Notes under the pieces: generated by a model
The model's input: only the letters and a program-made list of their open reading frames with translations
What the model was told of the DNA's origin: nothing
Databases searched by the model: none
Made by a program: the position numbers and the translations under genes
Origin: a virus
DNA length: 64,000 nucleotides
IMG/VR virus record: IMGVR_UViG_3300025141_011586
Coordinates: 9,169 to 73,168 of that record
Reading direction: 5' to 3' (one strand)
Shown: positions 19,641-28,922 of the stretch, in pieces
Numbering within the stretch: the first letter of the stretch is position 1
Layout of the letters: every line of letters begins with the position of its first letter

Positions 19641-22229
19641 ATGCAATATTATCAGGAACTCCTTGAAAGCTTTGATAAGTTAAAGAAGAGGAAGTTCAAG
19701 CTTACGATAATGGAGCAAGGGGGCAATGCAGAAGCTCAGGCTCAAGCTGCGCTGGAGGCGGCGAAGGGTGGCACCCATGATACCCCTGTTGAAATAGGAG
19801 CAACCAAGAATGGCAGTCCCATCAGAGGGTATGTATCATCGGAGGGAGCTGTGTTGGTTGTGGCTCCCTGGCCAAGAGGCGGAGTAAGGCAGAAGAGGGT
19901 AATTGATGCGCCTCCGCCAAATGGGACTGGCCAAGTAATACCTGACGTGTGGAAAGAGTTTTTAACATTTTTTTCAGGTGATGAAGAGGCTGCTCCTGTT
20001 GAGGGTGAGGAGCAGGAGGTCTTTGGTGGAGGGGCTGCTCCAGGGGATACGATTAGGACTATGTTAGAGTCTGGGAGCCAGAAAATAAGGGATAGGCTTG
20101 GTGACTGGTTCCTAGGTATGAATAGATTATCTGGAAATCTGTTCGATAAGTTAGGGCCTCATAAAGATATTCTAGGGACTATCCCTGGAGGTAGTGCAGA
20201 GGGATTTGCAGGGTCCTTTACTGGGGCTGCGGGGAGATCAGTAGAAAGGCAGCTTGTCAATAGTAAGAGAGTTGTTCGAGATGAGGAGGGCAGGTTATCA
20301 AGGCTAGGTGCAATGGACCCAGTAGATCTAGCGGTTGGAGCTAGTAGGCTTCATAACTTATTATCCAAAGCTAGCTTAGATAAGATATCCGAGTCGGAGG
20401 CTCTGGAGTTGAGATCCAATATGGCTTTTAACGAAGATGGGTCTGTCTTCCTGAGAACGGGAGGTCCTAATGAGGGCTTGCTGTTCAAAGACAATGGGAG
20501 AGCTATAACAGCCGCTATGAGGGTGGCAGAAGACAGGGGTAATTTTAAATTTGACGTGCTCCCCTTGAAGGCGGCGACCGCAGGCATATCTTCCTGGAGA
20601 GGCAAGAATTTAGAAAGGGTTTCAACTATTCGAATGCTTGCCAAGAAATGTATTGGTGCTAGAGAGATGGGGATGGAGGTTGAGCACCCCCCTCAACCCG
20701 TAGCGTGTGCAGCTCTTCAGAGAGAGGTGGGAGAGTTTGTAGGGGAAGCTCACAAGTGGAGAGAAGCTCATCAATGGGCCAGAGGTTTTGAGTTAGGTGA
20801 TTCTGCAATTAGAGCAGAGGACCAAGAGATTCTTAGATCCATACAGAGCACTGGCATCCAAGGAGAGGGCATAGCTGATATGGTCAGAGGTATCTTCCAG
20901 TTGTCCAAGGAGAGTGATGATTTGTTGGATGCGGATATGATAGTTCCAGTCGGAGCAATCACTGGAGGGGGGAGAAGGGCAGATGTTAATGCTATCTGGG
21001 TAGACGATGAAAAGTGTGGCAAGGCGAGAGATGGTTTGTTGCGGAAGGGGTTCTCTGAGGAGGACATCGATAATAATCAAATGATACGGAGAATGAGTGC
21101 TAAAGAGGCCTTTGAGAATAGCACCGCTCTCAGGGATGATTTCCTAGCGGTCGAAGGACTGCGTGATGCAAACTCAAAGGTGTGCGTTCACGGAACAGGA
21201 CTGAAGCACTACGAGCATGGGCTTGGGAATCCAAAAATTGGAGAACTTGAATTTAATAAGGTAGATGAAGTTCTTGGGGGGGCTATAGATGCGAGTGAAC
21301 CTCATTGGGCAGAGATGCGAGAACACACCTATAGTGAATTGGGTATGGACGAGGTAGCGCAACAGGCAATGTTAGGTGTGCATAAATCGATAAAGGATAT
21401 TGATGATAGAGTTAGAGATTTGCCTGCGAATGCGACAGTTTCCGATGAGGAGGGAGGCATCTTAACTACTAATCATAACGCCTTACAGAATTTTGCGAAA
21501 CGTACGTTAGATGATATTTTAGATAACACCACTGTCGGTGAGTTGTTCCCTAAAGGTACCAACGAAGATGATAGTAGGTCTGAGTTATATAGCCAATTAA
21601 ATACCCTGATGGGAAAGCAAGGCGGGGAAACTACATTAGATACTCCCGAAGGTGAAGAGAGAGCACGAGAGCTTATCTCTAGATTCCTAAGACAGCGATA
21701 TACTATGAAACGAGTAGCGCAGGAGAACGATGGAGAGAGAAGCGGGGGAGCTGCGACTGATTATCTGGCGGTTAACACTTTCCTAACAGGTGGATCAATT
21801 AATAATGGGGACAGTGGGGATTTTAGATCCATCGCTGATGGTGAATTGAAATACTTTAGGCATAATGAGGTTCTGGAGGTGGTTAAGGCATTCAGGAACG
21901 GGAGGAGCTATAGGGGCATGACAGTCTCTATACCTAACACAAACTCATTTACAACGAAGCTTGTTCTTGATGGGAATAAAGATACTTATGTTAGCTTTGG
22001 TGCTGAGGGTCAGTCTAGTGAAACGGTAGACGGAGGCTTCTCTAGGAATACTAGATTCGTTACTCATGCATCTGGAGGTCTATTGAATGAGATTGCAACG
22101 CCTAAATCAAGGTCAGCAAGTGTTCCTGAAGAGGTTAATGCTGATGCTCATGATCCAATAAACAATGTTATTGAAGAGTATCTAGAGAATCAAAGAGATA
22201 TTCTATATAAGATTCTCGAAGCTAGGTAA
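19641..22229 (+). CDS. Large hypothetical protein (possible internal virion protein)
   Basis: 862 aa; N-terminal MQYYQELLES; TATAAT 5 nt upstream of ATG. Confidence 0.6.
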   Translation: MQYYQELLESFDKLKKRKFKLTIMEQGGNAEAQAQAALEAAKGGTHDTPVEIGATKNGSPIRGYVSSEGAVLVVAPWPRGGVRQKRVIDAPPPNGTGQVIPDVWKEFLTFFSGDEEAAPVEGEEQEVFGGGAAPGDTIRTMLESGSQKIRDRLGDWFLGMNRLSGNLFDKLGPHKDILGTIPGGSAEGFAGSFTGAAGRSVERQLVNSKRVVRDEEGRLSRLGAMDPVDLAVGASRLHNLLSKASLDKISESEALELRSNMAFNEDGSVFLRTGGPNEGLLFKDNGRAITAAMRVAEDRGNFKFDVLPLKAATAGISSWRGKNLERVSTIRMLAKKCIGAREMGMEVEHPPQPVACAALQREVGEFVGEAHKWREAHQWARGFELGDSAIRAEDQEILRSIQSTGIQGEGIADMVRGIFQLSKESDDLLDADMIVPVGAITGGGRRADVNAIWVDDEKCGKARDGLLRKGFSEEDIDNNQMIRRMSAKEAFENSTALRDDFLAVEGLRDANSKVCVHGTGLKHYEHGLGNPKIGELEFNKVDEVLGGAIDASEPHWAEMREHTYSELGMDEVAQQAMLGVHKSIKDIDDRVRDLPANATVSDEEGGILTTNHNALQNFAKRTLDDILDNTTVGELFPKGTNEDDSRSELYSQLNTLMGKQGGETTLDTPEGEERARELISRFLRQRYTMKRVAQENDGERSGGAATDYLAVNTFLTGGSINNGDSGDFRSIADGELKYFRHNEVLEVVKAFRNGRSYRGMTVSIPNTNSFTTKLVLDGNKDTYVSFGAEGQSSETVDGGFSRNTRFVTHASGGLLNEIATPKSRSASVPEEVNADAHDPINNVIEEYLENQRDILYKILEAR

Positions 22230-22755
22230 ACCAGAAATCATTATCTAAGTCTAGCAAGTCTTTAAATTTATATATTATATATTTATTAAAGATTAGATGT
22301 TTATATTCTTTATTTGAATATAGAGTTATATCATCAACAAGTTGATTATTTAATATTGCTAATATCTCATTTCTATCTTGTTGCCATATAATAATAGATG
22401 GGACTCCTGCTCTCTGTGAATCTTTTTCACATTGTTTTATAAAAGTGTAGAATGCAGACCGATCATTGAACAGGCTGCTCAGGTTCTCTTTGTTGTAACC
22501 CTTTTTACACTCGACGATAAACCTAAAGTTTTTGGGAGTTACTAGATCACCATGAATCTTTAAATATTCAGGGAGAGCATGTGTTGTAGCAAAGGCTCCA
22601 CTCCCAGGAGTACGGCAGAATTCCTTGGTTTCAAACCTACTGTTGAGAAATTTACAAATTTTTCTTTCGAAGGATTGCCCTTTAGCCCTGCTGTTGACCC
22701 TCTTCTTAGGCTTTAAAGCCTCTAGATCACAATTGTCTTTTATTTTTTTCGACAT
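22222..22755 (-). CDS. Holliday junction resolvase (Hjc/PD-(D/E)xK type)
   Basis: NSRAKGQSFER, RTPGSGA, GDLV, FIVECK motifs; likely start 22755. Confidence 0.85.
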   Translation of the reverse strand: MSKKIKDNCDLEALKPKKRVNSRAKGQSFERKICKFLNSRFETKEFCRTPGSGAFATTHALPEYLKIHGDLVTPKNFRFIVECKKGYNKENLSSLFNDRSAFYTFIKQCEKDSQRAGVPSIIIWQQDRNEILAILNNQLVDDITLYSNKEYKHLIFNKYIIYKFKDLLDLDNDFWFT

Positions 22756-22760
22756 CAATC

Positions 22761-22767
22761 TATTATA
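22761..22767. promoter_or_regulatory. Bidirectional -10 element (TATTATA) between divergent leaderless genes
   Basis: TATTAT 5 nt before ATG 22772 (+); TATAAT 6 nt before ATG 22755 (-). Confidence 0.55.
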
Positions 22768-22771
22768 GCCT

Positions 22772-23059
22772 ATGCCAGAGACTGTTAAATTAAATATTGA
22801 CGGATGGAAAATTCGTCTTGACGAAAGAAGTAGAGGTCGCATGAAATTTCAAATAAAGTTAAATAAGGAAGAGACAGAAGCTTTCAAAGCTTTTACTGAC
22901 ACTGTAAAGCCTGAGGAGGTTCCTCTTGACGATTTTGTGAAGAGTATATTTTTAACAGGCATTGAATCCATGAACAAGAAGTTAGTGGAGATGGTCCAGA
23001 AATATGCCGAAGAGCATAAGGACGAGTTTAATCCCTCTGGAATAGAAATTGTAGAGTAA
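22772..23059 (+). CDS. Hypothetical protein (possible ribbon-helix-helix-like)
   Basis: 95 aa ORF coupled to the next gene. Confidence 0.55.
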   Translation: MPETVKLNIDGWKIRLDERSRGRMKFQIKLNKEETEAFKAFTDTVKPEEVPLDDFVKSIFLTGIESMNKKLVEMVQKYAEEHKDEFNPSGIEIVE

Positions 23060-23367
23060 TGGACGAAAATATTATTTTCTTGGACAAGGAGAACCAGATC
23101 AATAAGGTCACCCGCGATCAAAAAAAGTCTGGGGAGAAAGTTAGGATCTTGTTCACATCTATGTGGGACGAGTGGTCATCTAATCTTGTGGAGAAGCTAA
23201 AGGGCTATAGAAAACAGGCAAAGTTATATGTGATTAATAGCTTTACAATGCCCCATTCTTTTGTTATATTCAAAACAAAGAGAGTGCCCTATCTCATCAC
23301 ATTAAACGGAGATAGAGTGTATAAGGAAGGATATCTACCAAACATTTATAAAGAACTTGGGTGCTGA
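23059..23367 (+). CDS. Thioredoxin-fold protein lacking CxxC
   Basis: ILFTSMWDEWS in place of WCxxC, and a later VP (cis-Pro) motif. Confidence 0.5.
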   Translation: MDENIIFLDKENQINKVTRDQKKSGEKVRILFTSMWDEWSSNLVEKLKGYRKQAKLYVINSFTMPHSFVIFKTKRVPYLITLNGDRVYKEGYLPNIYKELGC

Positions 23368-23699
23368 CCAGTAACCTTCTCGATATAGTTTGATATCTTT
23401 TCATTGTATTTTTTGTTTTTTGTGTAGAGAAGTTTCAGGTTGTTTAGTATAATGGTCGTGAAGAAGTTGAAAGCCTTGCCCTTCTGAGGGTTGAAGTTCT
23501 TCAGCGTCTTAAGTATCAAAACAAAACACTCCTGTTTAGCATCATCCTTATCGACATTGAAGCCGAAAGAGTCTATAATATTGGAAATGAGTTTATCGAA
23601 CATGCTCATCAGCTCCTCCTCATTGGTTTTCTTATCCTTGAGGTAAGCTTTGATCAGTTTTTCAAATCTTTTATTATCTACATAATGCTTCTTAACCAT
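23346..23699 (-). CDS. Late-transcription sigma factor (T4 gp55-like), short
   Basis: KHYVDNKRF start and NFNPQKGKAFNFFTTI motif typical of gp55; start 23699. Confidence 0.75.
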   Translation of the reverse strand: MVKKHYVDNKRFEKLIKAYLKDKKTNEEELMSMFDKLISNIIDSFGFNVDKDDAKQECFVLILKTLKNFNPQKGKAFNFFTTIILNNLKLLYTKNKKYNEKISNYIEKVTGQHPSSL

Positions 23700-23703
23700 A
23701 CCA

Positions 23704-23710
23704 TATAATA
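23704..23710. promoter_or_regulatory. Bidirectional -10 element (TATAATA) between sigma gene and polymerase part 1
   Basis: TATAAT 4 nt before ATG 23714 (+); TATTAT 5 nt before ATG 23699 (-). Confidence 0.55.
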
Positions 23711-23713
23711 GTA

Positions 23714-24721
23714 ATGTTTGAACTAGAAAGACTTTACAGTGGATCCAGCACAACAACCTCCTGTGAAGGTTGCTCTATTCTTAAGAATTCTAGCAAGCCT
23801 TTTCACGCTCATATGGATCATGAAGACCTACCTGCTTCAGATGTTCTCTTCCTCTCCGACTCCTATAAGTGGAACGGATATGAAAAGACAGCGTTCAAAA
23901 AGGAAGAGATAGCTCTGTTCCAGGGTGGGCTGTCAGGATACTCAGGGTTTACATGGACCACATCTCCATCAGTAAAGTGCCCCGCAGTTAAGGAGGCAGA
24001 TATGTCCCCCTCTAACATGAAGATTTGCAGGGAGTATCTAACAGATACAATACGCCACGTAAACCCTAGGCTAATCTTTGTTTGTGGCAACCTTGCAATG
24101 AAGATGCTAATCAAGAAGAGTGGCATCAGCTCCAAGCGAGGTAGGTGCTTCATGTATGAGGGCATACCAGTGGTCCCCTTGTTCCACCCACAAACTGTTA
24201 TCAATGAACCTCGTCATAAGTTCTTATTTGATACGGACATAAAGAATTCAATCGATAAGTATATCCTTAACAAGGAGGTATCACACAGCTTTGATTACAA
24301 GGTTATCATGTCTTATGAGGACTTGAATGAGTTTTGTTCCGAGTTAATAGACACCTCTGAGACAATTGCCTGTGACATTGAGACCACAGGGCTGGACTTC
24401 CTGAGGGATAAGATGATGACTATAGCCTTCAGTCTTAAGGATAAGGGGTGGGTTCTGCCTATTGATCACAAGGAAGTGGAGTGGGAAGATAGTATGAAGG
24501 AGAGTATTCTTAGGGCTGTCTCTGAGATCCTATCCAACAAGAGGAACAAGAAGGTATTTCACAATGCTAAGTTTGATCTTAAGTTCTTGAAGCAGTATGG
24601 TATAAAGGTGGAGAATGTATGGGATACAAAATTGATGCATCATCTCATCGATGAGAACACTCCAAAGAGTTTGATGGAGCTAGTGAAGATCTACTTTCCT
24701 AAGGAGTTGGAGAGCTTTTAA
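23714..24721 (+). CDS. polA: DNA polymerase A part 1: family-4 UDG-like domain plus N-terminal 3'-5' exonuclease (ExoI, ExoII)
   Basis: CEGC..KCP..CREYL..PRLIFVCGNLA..PLFHP (UDG fold); ACDIETTGL, VFHNAKFDL, WDTKLMHHLIDE (exonuclease). Confidence 0.88.
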   Translation: MFELERLYSGSSTTTSCEGCSILKNSSKPFHAHMDHEDLPASDVLFLSDSYKWNGYEKTAFKKEEIALFQGGLSGYSGFTWTTSPSVKCPAVKEADMSPSNMKICREYLTDTIRHVNPRLIFVCGNLAMKMLIKKSGISSKRGRCFMYEGIPVVPLFHPQTVINEPRHKFLFDTDIKNSIDKYILNKEVSHSFDYKVIMSYEDLNEFCSELIDTSETIACDIETTGLDFLRDKMMTIAFSLKDKGWVLPIDHKEVEWEDSMKESILRAVSEILSNKRNKKVFHNAKFDLKFLKQYGIKVENVWDTKLMHHLIDENTPKSLMELVKIYFPKELESF

Positions 24722-25010
24722 TCCTCAAGACTCTCACACCCTCACCTGGAGCAGCCTCGCCCGTTTTTGGATCGACTTTGGAAAAACCTGACCAGGGTTG
24801 AGCCCCAACCCAAGGCTTTTCAGGATCCATGGCACGTTCTGTGTGGCGTAATCGCGCAGCCTTAGCTCTGGCCTTCTTCCCAGGCCTCCCTTTGGATGCG
24901 GTTGATGCCTTCCCAATATAGCCACTAGAAGATGTACGATGTCCTGGGCCACCTCCAGCGGTGATCTCTTTTAGCAGCAGTTCAGTTATTCTCCCGTAAA
25001 CTTTATTCAT
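24699..25010 (-). CDS. Small basic hypothetical protein inserted within the polymerase locus
   Basis: 103 aa; MNKVYGRITELLLKE N-terminal motif shared with other phage proteins. Confidence 0.65.
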   Translation of the reverse strand: MNKVYGRITELLLKEITAGGGPGHRTSSSGYIGKASTASKGRPGKKARAKAARLRHTERAMDPEKPWVGAQPWSGFSKVDPKTGEAAPGEGVRVLRIKSSPTP

Positions 25011-25393
25011 TTTTGTCTCGGATGCTCACCAGCGTCCCACTGTTGTTTAGTTTTCGCCGCTCTCGCTGCTTTCTCGGCCTTCTTCGCTGCTGCCGCCTTC
25101 TCTGCTGCCGTCTTCTCTGCTGCCGCCTTCTCTGCCGCCGCCGCTGCTGCCCTAGCTTTCCCCCCAGGAATTATTCGGGACAATATCCTTTTCCCACGCT
25201 CTATTGCTGGATCGAGATTAATGGTAAGCTCATATAACACTTCTGCCATTCTTTCATAATTTTTATTCATTTTTACTTCCTTTATCCCGTGCTTTGCTTT
25301 AACCTGCATCACACAACGTTCATGCTTCGAGTCCTTTTTGGGACCTGTGGCTTTATGGCACACAGCCCAGGGATTTACTTTTCTTTTAGCCAT
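25007..25393 (-). CDS. Small basic Ala/Lys-rich protein inserted within the polymerase locus
   Basis: 128 aa; NPWAVC..HERCV N-domain, internal MNKNYERMAEVLYE motif, AAAEK repeats. Confidence 0.65.
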   Translation of the reverse strand: MAKRKVNPWAVCHKATGPKKDSKHERCVMQVKAKHGIKEVKMNKNYERMAEVLYELTINLDPAIERGKRILSRIIPGGKARAAAAAAEKAAAEKTAAEKAAAAKKAEKAARAAKTKQQWDAGEHPRQK

Positions 25394-25409
25394 ACAACTT
25401 CTCTTTCCC

Positions 25410-25418
25410 TATTATATA
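25410..25418. promoter_or_regulatory. Bidirectional element TATTATATA driving polymerase part 2 and the antisense insert
   Basis: TATTAT 6 nt before ATG 25422 (+); TATAAT/TATATA on the - strand upstream of ATG 25393. Confidence 0.5.
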
Positions 25419-25421
25419 CTC

Positions 25422-25901
25422 ATGCTCACTGTCAACAATCCTAAAAATTTCGACTGGAGTAGTATGTCCTTACATGATTGTGCTAAGGGCAACGCTCTGG
25501 ATGCTTATTTCACTCTGAAGCTCTTCCATATATGCGAGGAGAAGCTACAGGAGTATGGGATGCTAGGATTATACGAAAATCTTATGGCTCCTGCGACAGA
25601 GGCATTTAAGGATATGGAGTATGCAGGGTTAGATGTGTCTCAAGAAAAGTTGAAGACGGTAGGGAAGGAGTTGTTTGAAAAGAATGTAGATCAAGCTGAT
25701 TCTCTTTATGCTTTCAAGCAGGTAAATAAGGAGGACAACCTGTCCTCTAATAACCATTTGATTGAGGTGCTGTATACCAGAGAGGGGGGGTTTAATCTTT
25801 ATCCCCCTGACAAGACTGCAAAGGGATCTCCCTCCGTGTCTGCCCCCACGTTGAAGCTATTATTAGAACAAATTGAGAACGAGTTGAGGACCAGGGAATG
25901 A
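25422..25901 (+). CDS. polA: DNA polymerase A part 2: ExoIII helix plus thumb N-terminal half
   Basis: GNALDAYFTLKL (ExoIII-like), MEYAGLDV, NLSSNNHLIEVLY, KTAKGSPSVSAPTL match the PolA thumb region. Confidence 0.85.
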   Translation: MLTVNNPKNFDWSSMSLHDCAKGNALDAYFTLKLFHICEEKLQEYGMLGLYENLMAPATEAFKDMEYAGLDVSQEKLKTVGKELFEKNVDQADSLYAFKQVNKEDNLSSNNHLIEVLYTREGGFNLYPPDKTAKGSPSVSAPTLKLLLEQIENELRTRE

Positions 25902-26983
25902 CCAAGTGGAGACACAGAGATGAGAGTAAGAAGATAAGTAAGTGGAGAGTTTCCGAACTTACTACACCCGCCCTCAAGAGTGCTAGAAATTTTGTGAAAC
26001 AATTACTCGACCTTCGCAAATCTGAGAAGCTATACAAGACGTACATACAGGGGGTCAGGAAGGCCGCTAAATTTAACGGGTGCGACAAGATCTATGTGGA
26101 CTACAAGCTCGATGGCACCATCACAGGGAGGCTCTCATGCACAGCCTACACTGCTCAGGAGAGTAAGGGAGTTTCCTTTCACACTTTACCTAGAGAGACA
26201 GAGAATAATATCCGTAGCATCTTTGTAGCACCTGATGGATACAAGTTTATAACCGTGGATTACAGTGCGATGGAACTGCGTGTCCTAGCTCATGTTGCAA
26301 AAGAATATAACATGCAGAAAGCTTTCATCGAGGGGCGAGATCTCCATAGTTATACTGGGAGCCTACTCTTTAACAAGAAAGAGGGGGATGTCACAAAAGA
26401 GGAGAGACAGATAGCTAAGACAGTTTCTTTCCTTATCGTCTATGGGGGAGGAGCTTTTAACCTCGCTGAGACTATGGGCATTCGACTGAAGAGGGCTGAG
26501 AAGATCATCGAGGCATACAAGAATGTCTACCCAGGGATCTTTAAGTATATGGAGTTCATTGAGGCCTTTATCAAGAAGAACGGTTACGCTTATTCAATAT
26601 TCGGTCGGAGAAGGAATCTCCCTGACGTTGCCTCTAGGAATCGTACCGTAGCCAACAAGGCTATAAGACAGGGGATTAATTTCACAATCCAAAGCACTGC
26701 TTCGGACGTTCTGGTCTGTTCGCTTCTAGGTATTGTTGAGAAGTTTAAGCAGAAGGGTATGAAGGCTAGGATTGTTAGTACGGTTCACGATAGTATTGAA
26801 GCTATTGCCCCTGCCGATGAGGTAGACGAAGCTTGTCGTATCATCTATGATGAGATGGTGAACTATCCGTATATTAAAAAGACTTTTGGTATTGATTTTT
26901 CTGTCCCGCTAGACATAGAGATTCTAGTGGGAGAATCTTTCGGAGATGGGGAGGAGATAAAAGTATGCAACGTAGAGCCTTAG
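25898..26983 (+). CDS. polA: DNA polymerase A part 3: palm/fingers catalytic domain
   Basis: TITGRLS, DYSAMELRVLAH (motif A), RQIAKTVSFLIVYG (motif B), VHDS (motif C). Confidence 0.93.
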   Translation: MTKWRHRDESKKISKWRVSELTTPALKSARNFVKQLLDLRKSEKLYKTYIQGVRKAAKFNGCDKIYVDYKLDGTITGRLSCTAYTAQESKGVSFHTLPRETENNIRSIFVAPDGYKFITVDYSAMELRVLAHVAKEYNMQKAFIEGRDLHSYTGSLLFNKKEGDVTKEERQIAKTVSFLIVYGGGAFNLAETMGIRLKRAEKIIEAYKNVYPGIFKYMEFIEAFIKKNGYAYSIFGRRRNLPDVASRNRTVANKAIRQGINFTIQSTASDVLVCSLLGIVEKFKQKGMKARIVSTVHDSIEAIAPADEVDEACRIIYDEMVNYPYIKKTFGIDFSVPLDIEILVGESFGDGEEIKVCNVEP

Positions 26984-27918
26984 TAACAGGGGGATGTGGA
27001 TTCATAGGAGCCCACTTAACCGAGAGACTGCTTAAAGAGGGGTGGAAAGTAGAAGTAGTAGATAATTTCCGCGAGGGCGATCCCGACAAGCCTCTTCCTG
27101 AAGGCGTTAAAGGCGCTATTCTCTGGCCTATGGATTTTACTGATTCAGTCATACTAGATTCTATAAGGGATAAAAAGTATGATATGGTTTTTCACTTAGC
27201 TGCAATCCCTAGAGTGGCCTACTCAGTAGAGAATCCAGTGGAGACTACAGATAATAATATTCTAAAGACGGTGAAGTTATTTCACGCTTGTATAGGAAAT
27301 GTTAAGAAAGTAATATTCTCATCATCATCATCTGTATATGGCGGTATTTTTGATGGGACAACAGTAATTAAACCTGTCCAGGAGTATATGGCTAGACATC
27401 CCAAATCTCCTTACGCTTGGCAGAAAGCAGCAATAGAAGATGCTGCTGGCATATTCTCTGACCTGTATGAATTAGATATTATTTGCCTTAGATACTTCAA
27501 CGTCTTCGGCCCAGGACAAGTTGCCGAGTCAGCATACTCTACAGTGGTATGTTCCTGGTGTGACGCAATTAAGAATGGTAAGCCTCTCAGGCTGGACGGC
27601 AATGGTTATCAGTCCAGAGACTTTTGCTACATAGATAACGTGGTAGACGCTAATATTCTAGCGGCTGAAGGTACCGCTCGCGGAGGATGCTTTAATGTCG
27701 CTGGAGGTGAACGAATCCCCCTTATAAGGATACTAGATTATTGTCAGCAGAAGTTCTCTGGACTAGAAGTAAAGGAAGCCCCAGACAGGAAGGGTGATGT
27801 TAGACATACTCTAGCTAGCCTGGAGAAATCTAAAATGTTTTTGAACTACGAACCGAAGGTACTTTTTTGGGAGGGTCTGGCTAAGACGTTTGATTGGTGG
27901 GGTTTAGAGCCTAAATGA
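26965..27918 (+). CDS. NAD-dependent nucleotide-sugar epimerase/dehydratase
   Basis: VTGGCGFIG, FHLAA, SSSSVYG, YAWQK, LRYFNVFGP motifs. Confidence 0.93.
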   Translation: MQRRALVTGGCGFIGAHLTERLLKEGWKVEVVDNFREGDPDKPLPEGVKGAILWPMDFTDSVILDSIRDKKYDMVFHLAAIPRVAYSVENPVETTDNNILKTVKLFHACIGNVKKVIFSSSSSVYGGIFDGTTVIKPVQEYMARHPKSPYAWQKAAIEDAAGIFSDLYELDIICLRYFNVFGPGQVAESAYSTVVCSWCDAIKNGKPLRLDGNGYQSRDFCYIDNVVDANILAAEGTARGGCFNVAGGERIPLIRILDYCQQKFSGLEVKEAPDRKGDVRHTLASLEKSKMFLNYEPKVLFWEGLAKTFDWWGLEPK

Positions 27919-28922
27919 AGGCCTTAATTATAACCGATAATCATCTAGGTAATGTTATGCCTGGATACCTGGACGCTCAGATAGAGTGCTTGAAAAATAT
28001 CTACGAGGGTGGAGGCTACACTCATGTCATAATGATGGGAGATGTTTTTATTCGCAGATCACCCAAGCCCACCACACTTCTAAAGTTAATGGATCTCCTG
28101 AACTATTATTCGATGTTCAGCGAAGTTCATATCCTAAGAGGGAATCACGATTCGGAAACCAAGGCAGACGATGGTATCACTGCCCTTACATTATTCGCAA
28201 AATCTAACGTTAACATTTATGAGCACGTAGGTATGGATACCTCTATGGGGTGGTTCTTTATACCTCATTATGAAAATGAAAATATTATTAAAAAAACTTT
28301 GGAATCTGTCCCTGAAAAGTCTCTGGTATTTGGTCACTTTGGTTATTCAGATTGCCCTAATATCCTTGGGAGGTATAGTAGCCTTATTACTCTTGATGAG
28401 TTTAGGAATCGCACTTTTCTGGGGCATCTTCACTCAAATTTTAGAAGAAAAAATGTTACTGTCCTAGGGACTCAGTATACTACTAGCTATGTAGAGGCTG
28501 GTAAGACCAATTACTACGGTGTGTTAGAGGGAGAGCCTTACAACTGGCAGTATAGCCAGAAGAAGGTGCCAGCTTGTGGGGGACCGAGACATTTGGTCTA
28601 TGCAATAGAGGATCTTTACAATAATTTGGACGAGATAAATGATCCAGATTACTTCACCTTGCTCAGGGTCTGGGTAGACTCTCTTTCGAAAGAGAATCAG
28701 GTTGGCTTACAGGAAGATCTCTATGAGCACTGCAAGGTTAAGAGTATAGACATTCAGTTTAATCCTGTATTTAGTGAGGAGGAGCTTAGTGATTACGTCC
28801 CCTCTTCAGATGTATTTTCTATAACAGATGAGATGATAGAGGATTATGTTAACAAGAATACCACCACTCTATCGAAGGGAGACTTAATGCAAGGCTTGGA
28901 GTTGTTAAGGCATGAAGATTAA
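27915..28922 (+). CDS. Mre11/SbcD-like recombination nuclease (T4 gp47-like)
   Basis: TDNHLG, MGDVF, RGNHD, FGHF, LGHLH metallophosphoesterase motifs. Confidence 0.9.
   Translation: MKALIITDNHLGNVMPGYLDAQIECLKNIYEGGGYTHVIMMGDVFIRRSPKPTTLLKLMDLLNYYSMFSEVHILRGNHDSETKADDGITALTLFAKSNVNIYEHVGMDTSMGWFFIPHYENENIIKKTLESVPEKSLVFGHFGYSDCPNILGRYSSLITLDEFRNRTFLGHLHSNFRRKNVTVLGTQYTTSYVEAGKTNYYGVLEGEPYNWQYSQKKVPACGGPRHLVYAIEDLYNNLDEINDPDYFTLLRVWVDSLSKENQVGLQEDLYEHCKVKSIDIQFNPVFSEEELSDYVPSSDVFSITDEMIEDYVNKNTTTLSKGDLMQGLELLRHED

Noticed and set aside
24722-25421. Group I intron or intein interrupting the polymerase
   Set aside because: No homing endonuclease, no intein C/S...HN termini and no recognisable intron core; the interval is filled by two antisense ORFs and part 2 has its own -10 box. 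RT-PCR is still needed to exclude splicing formally
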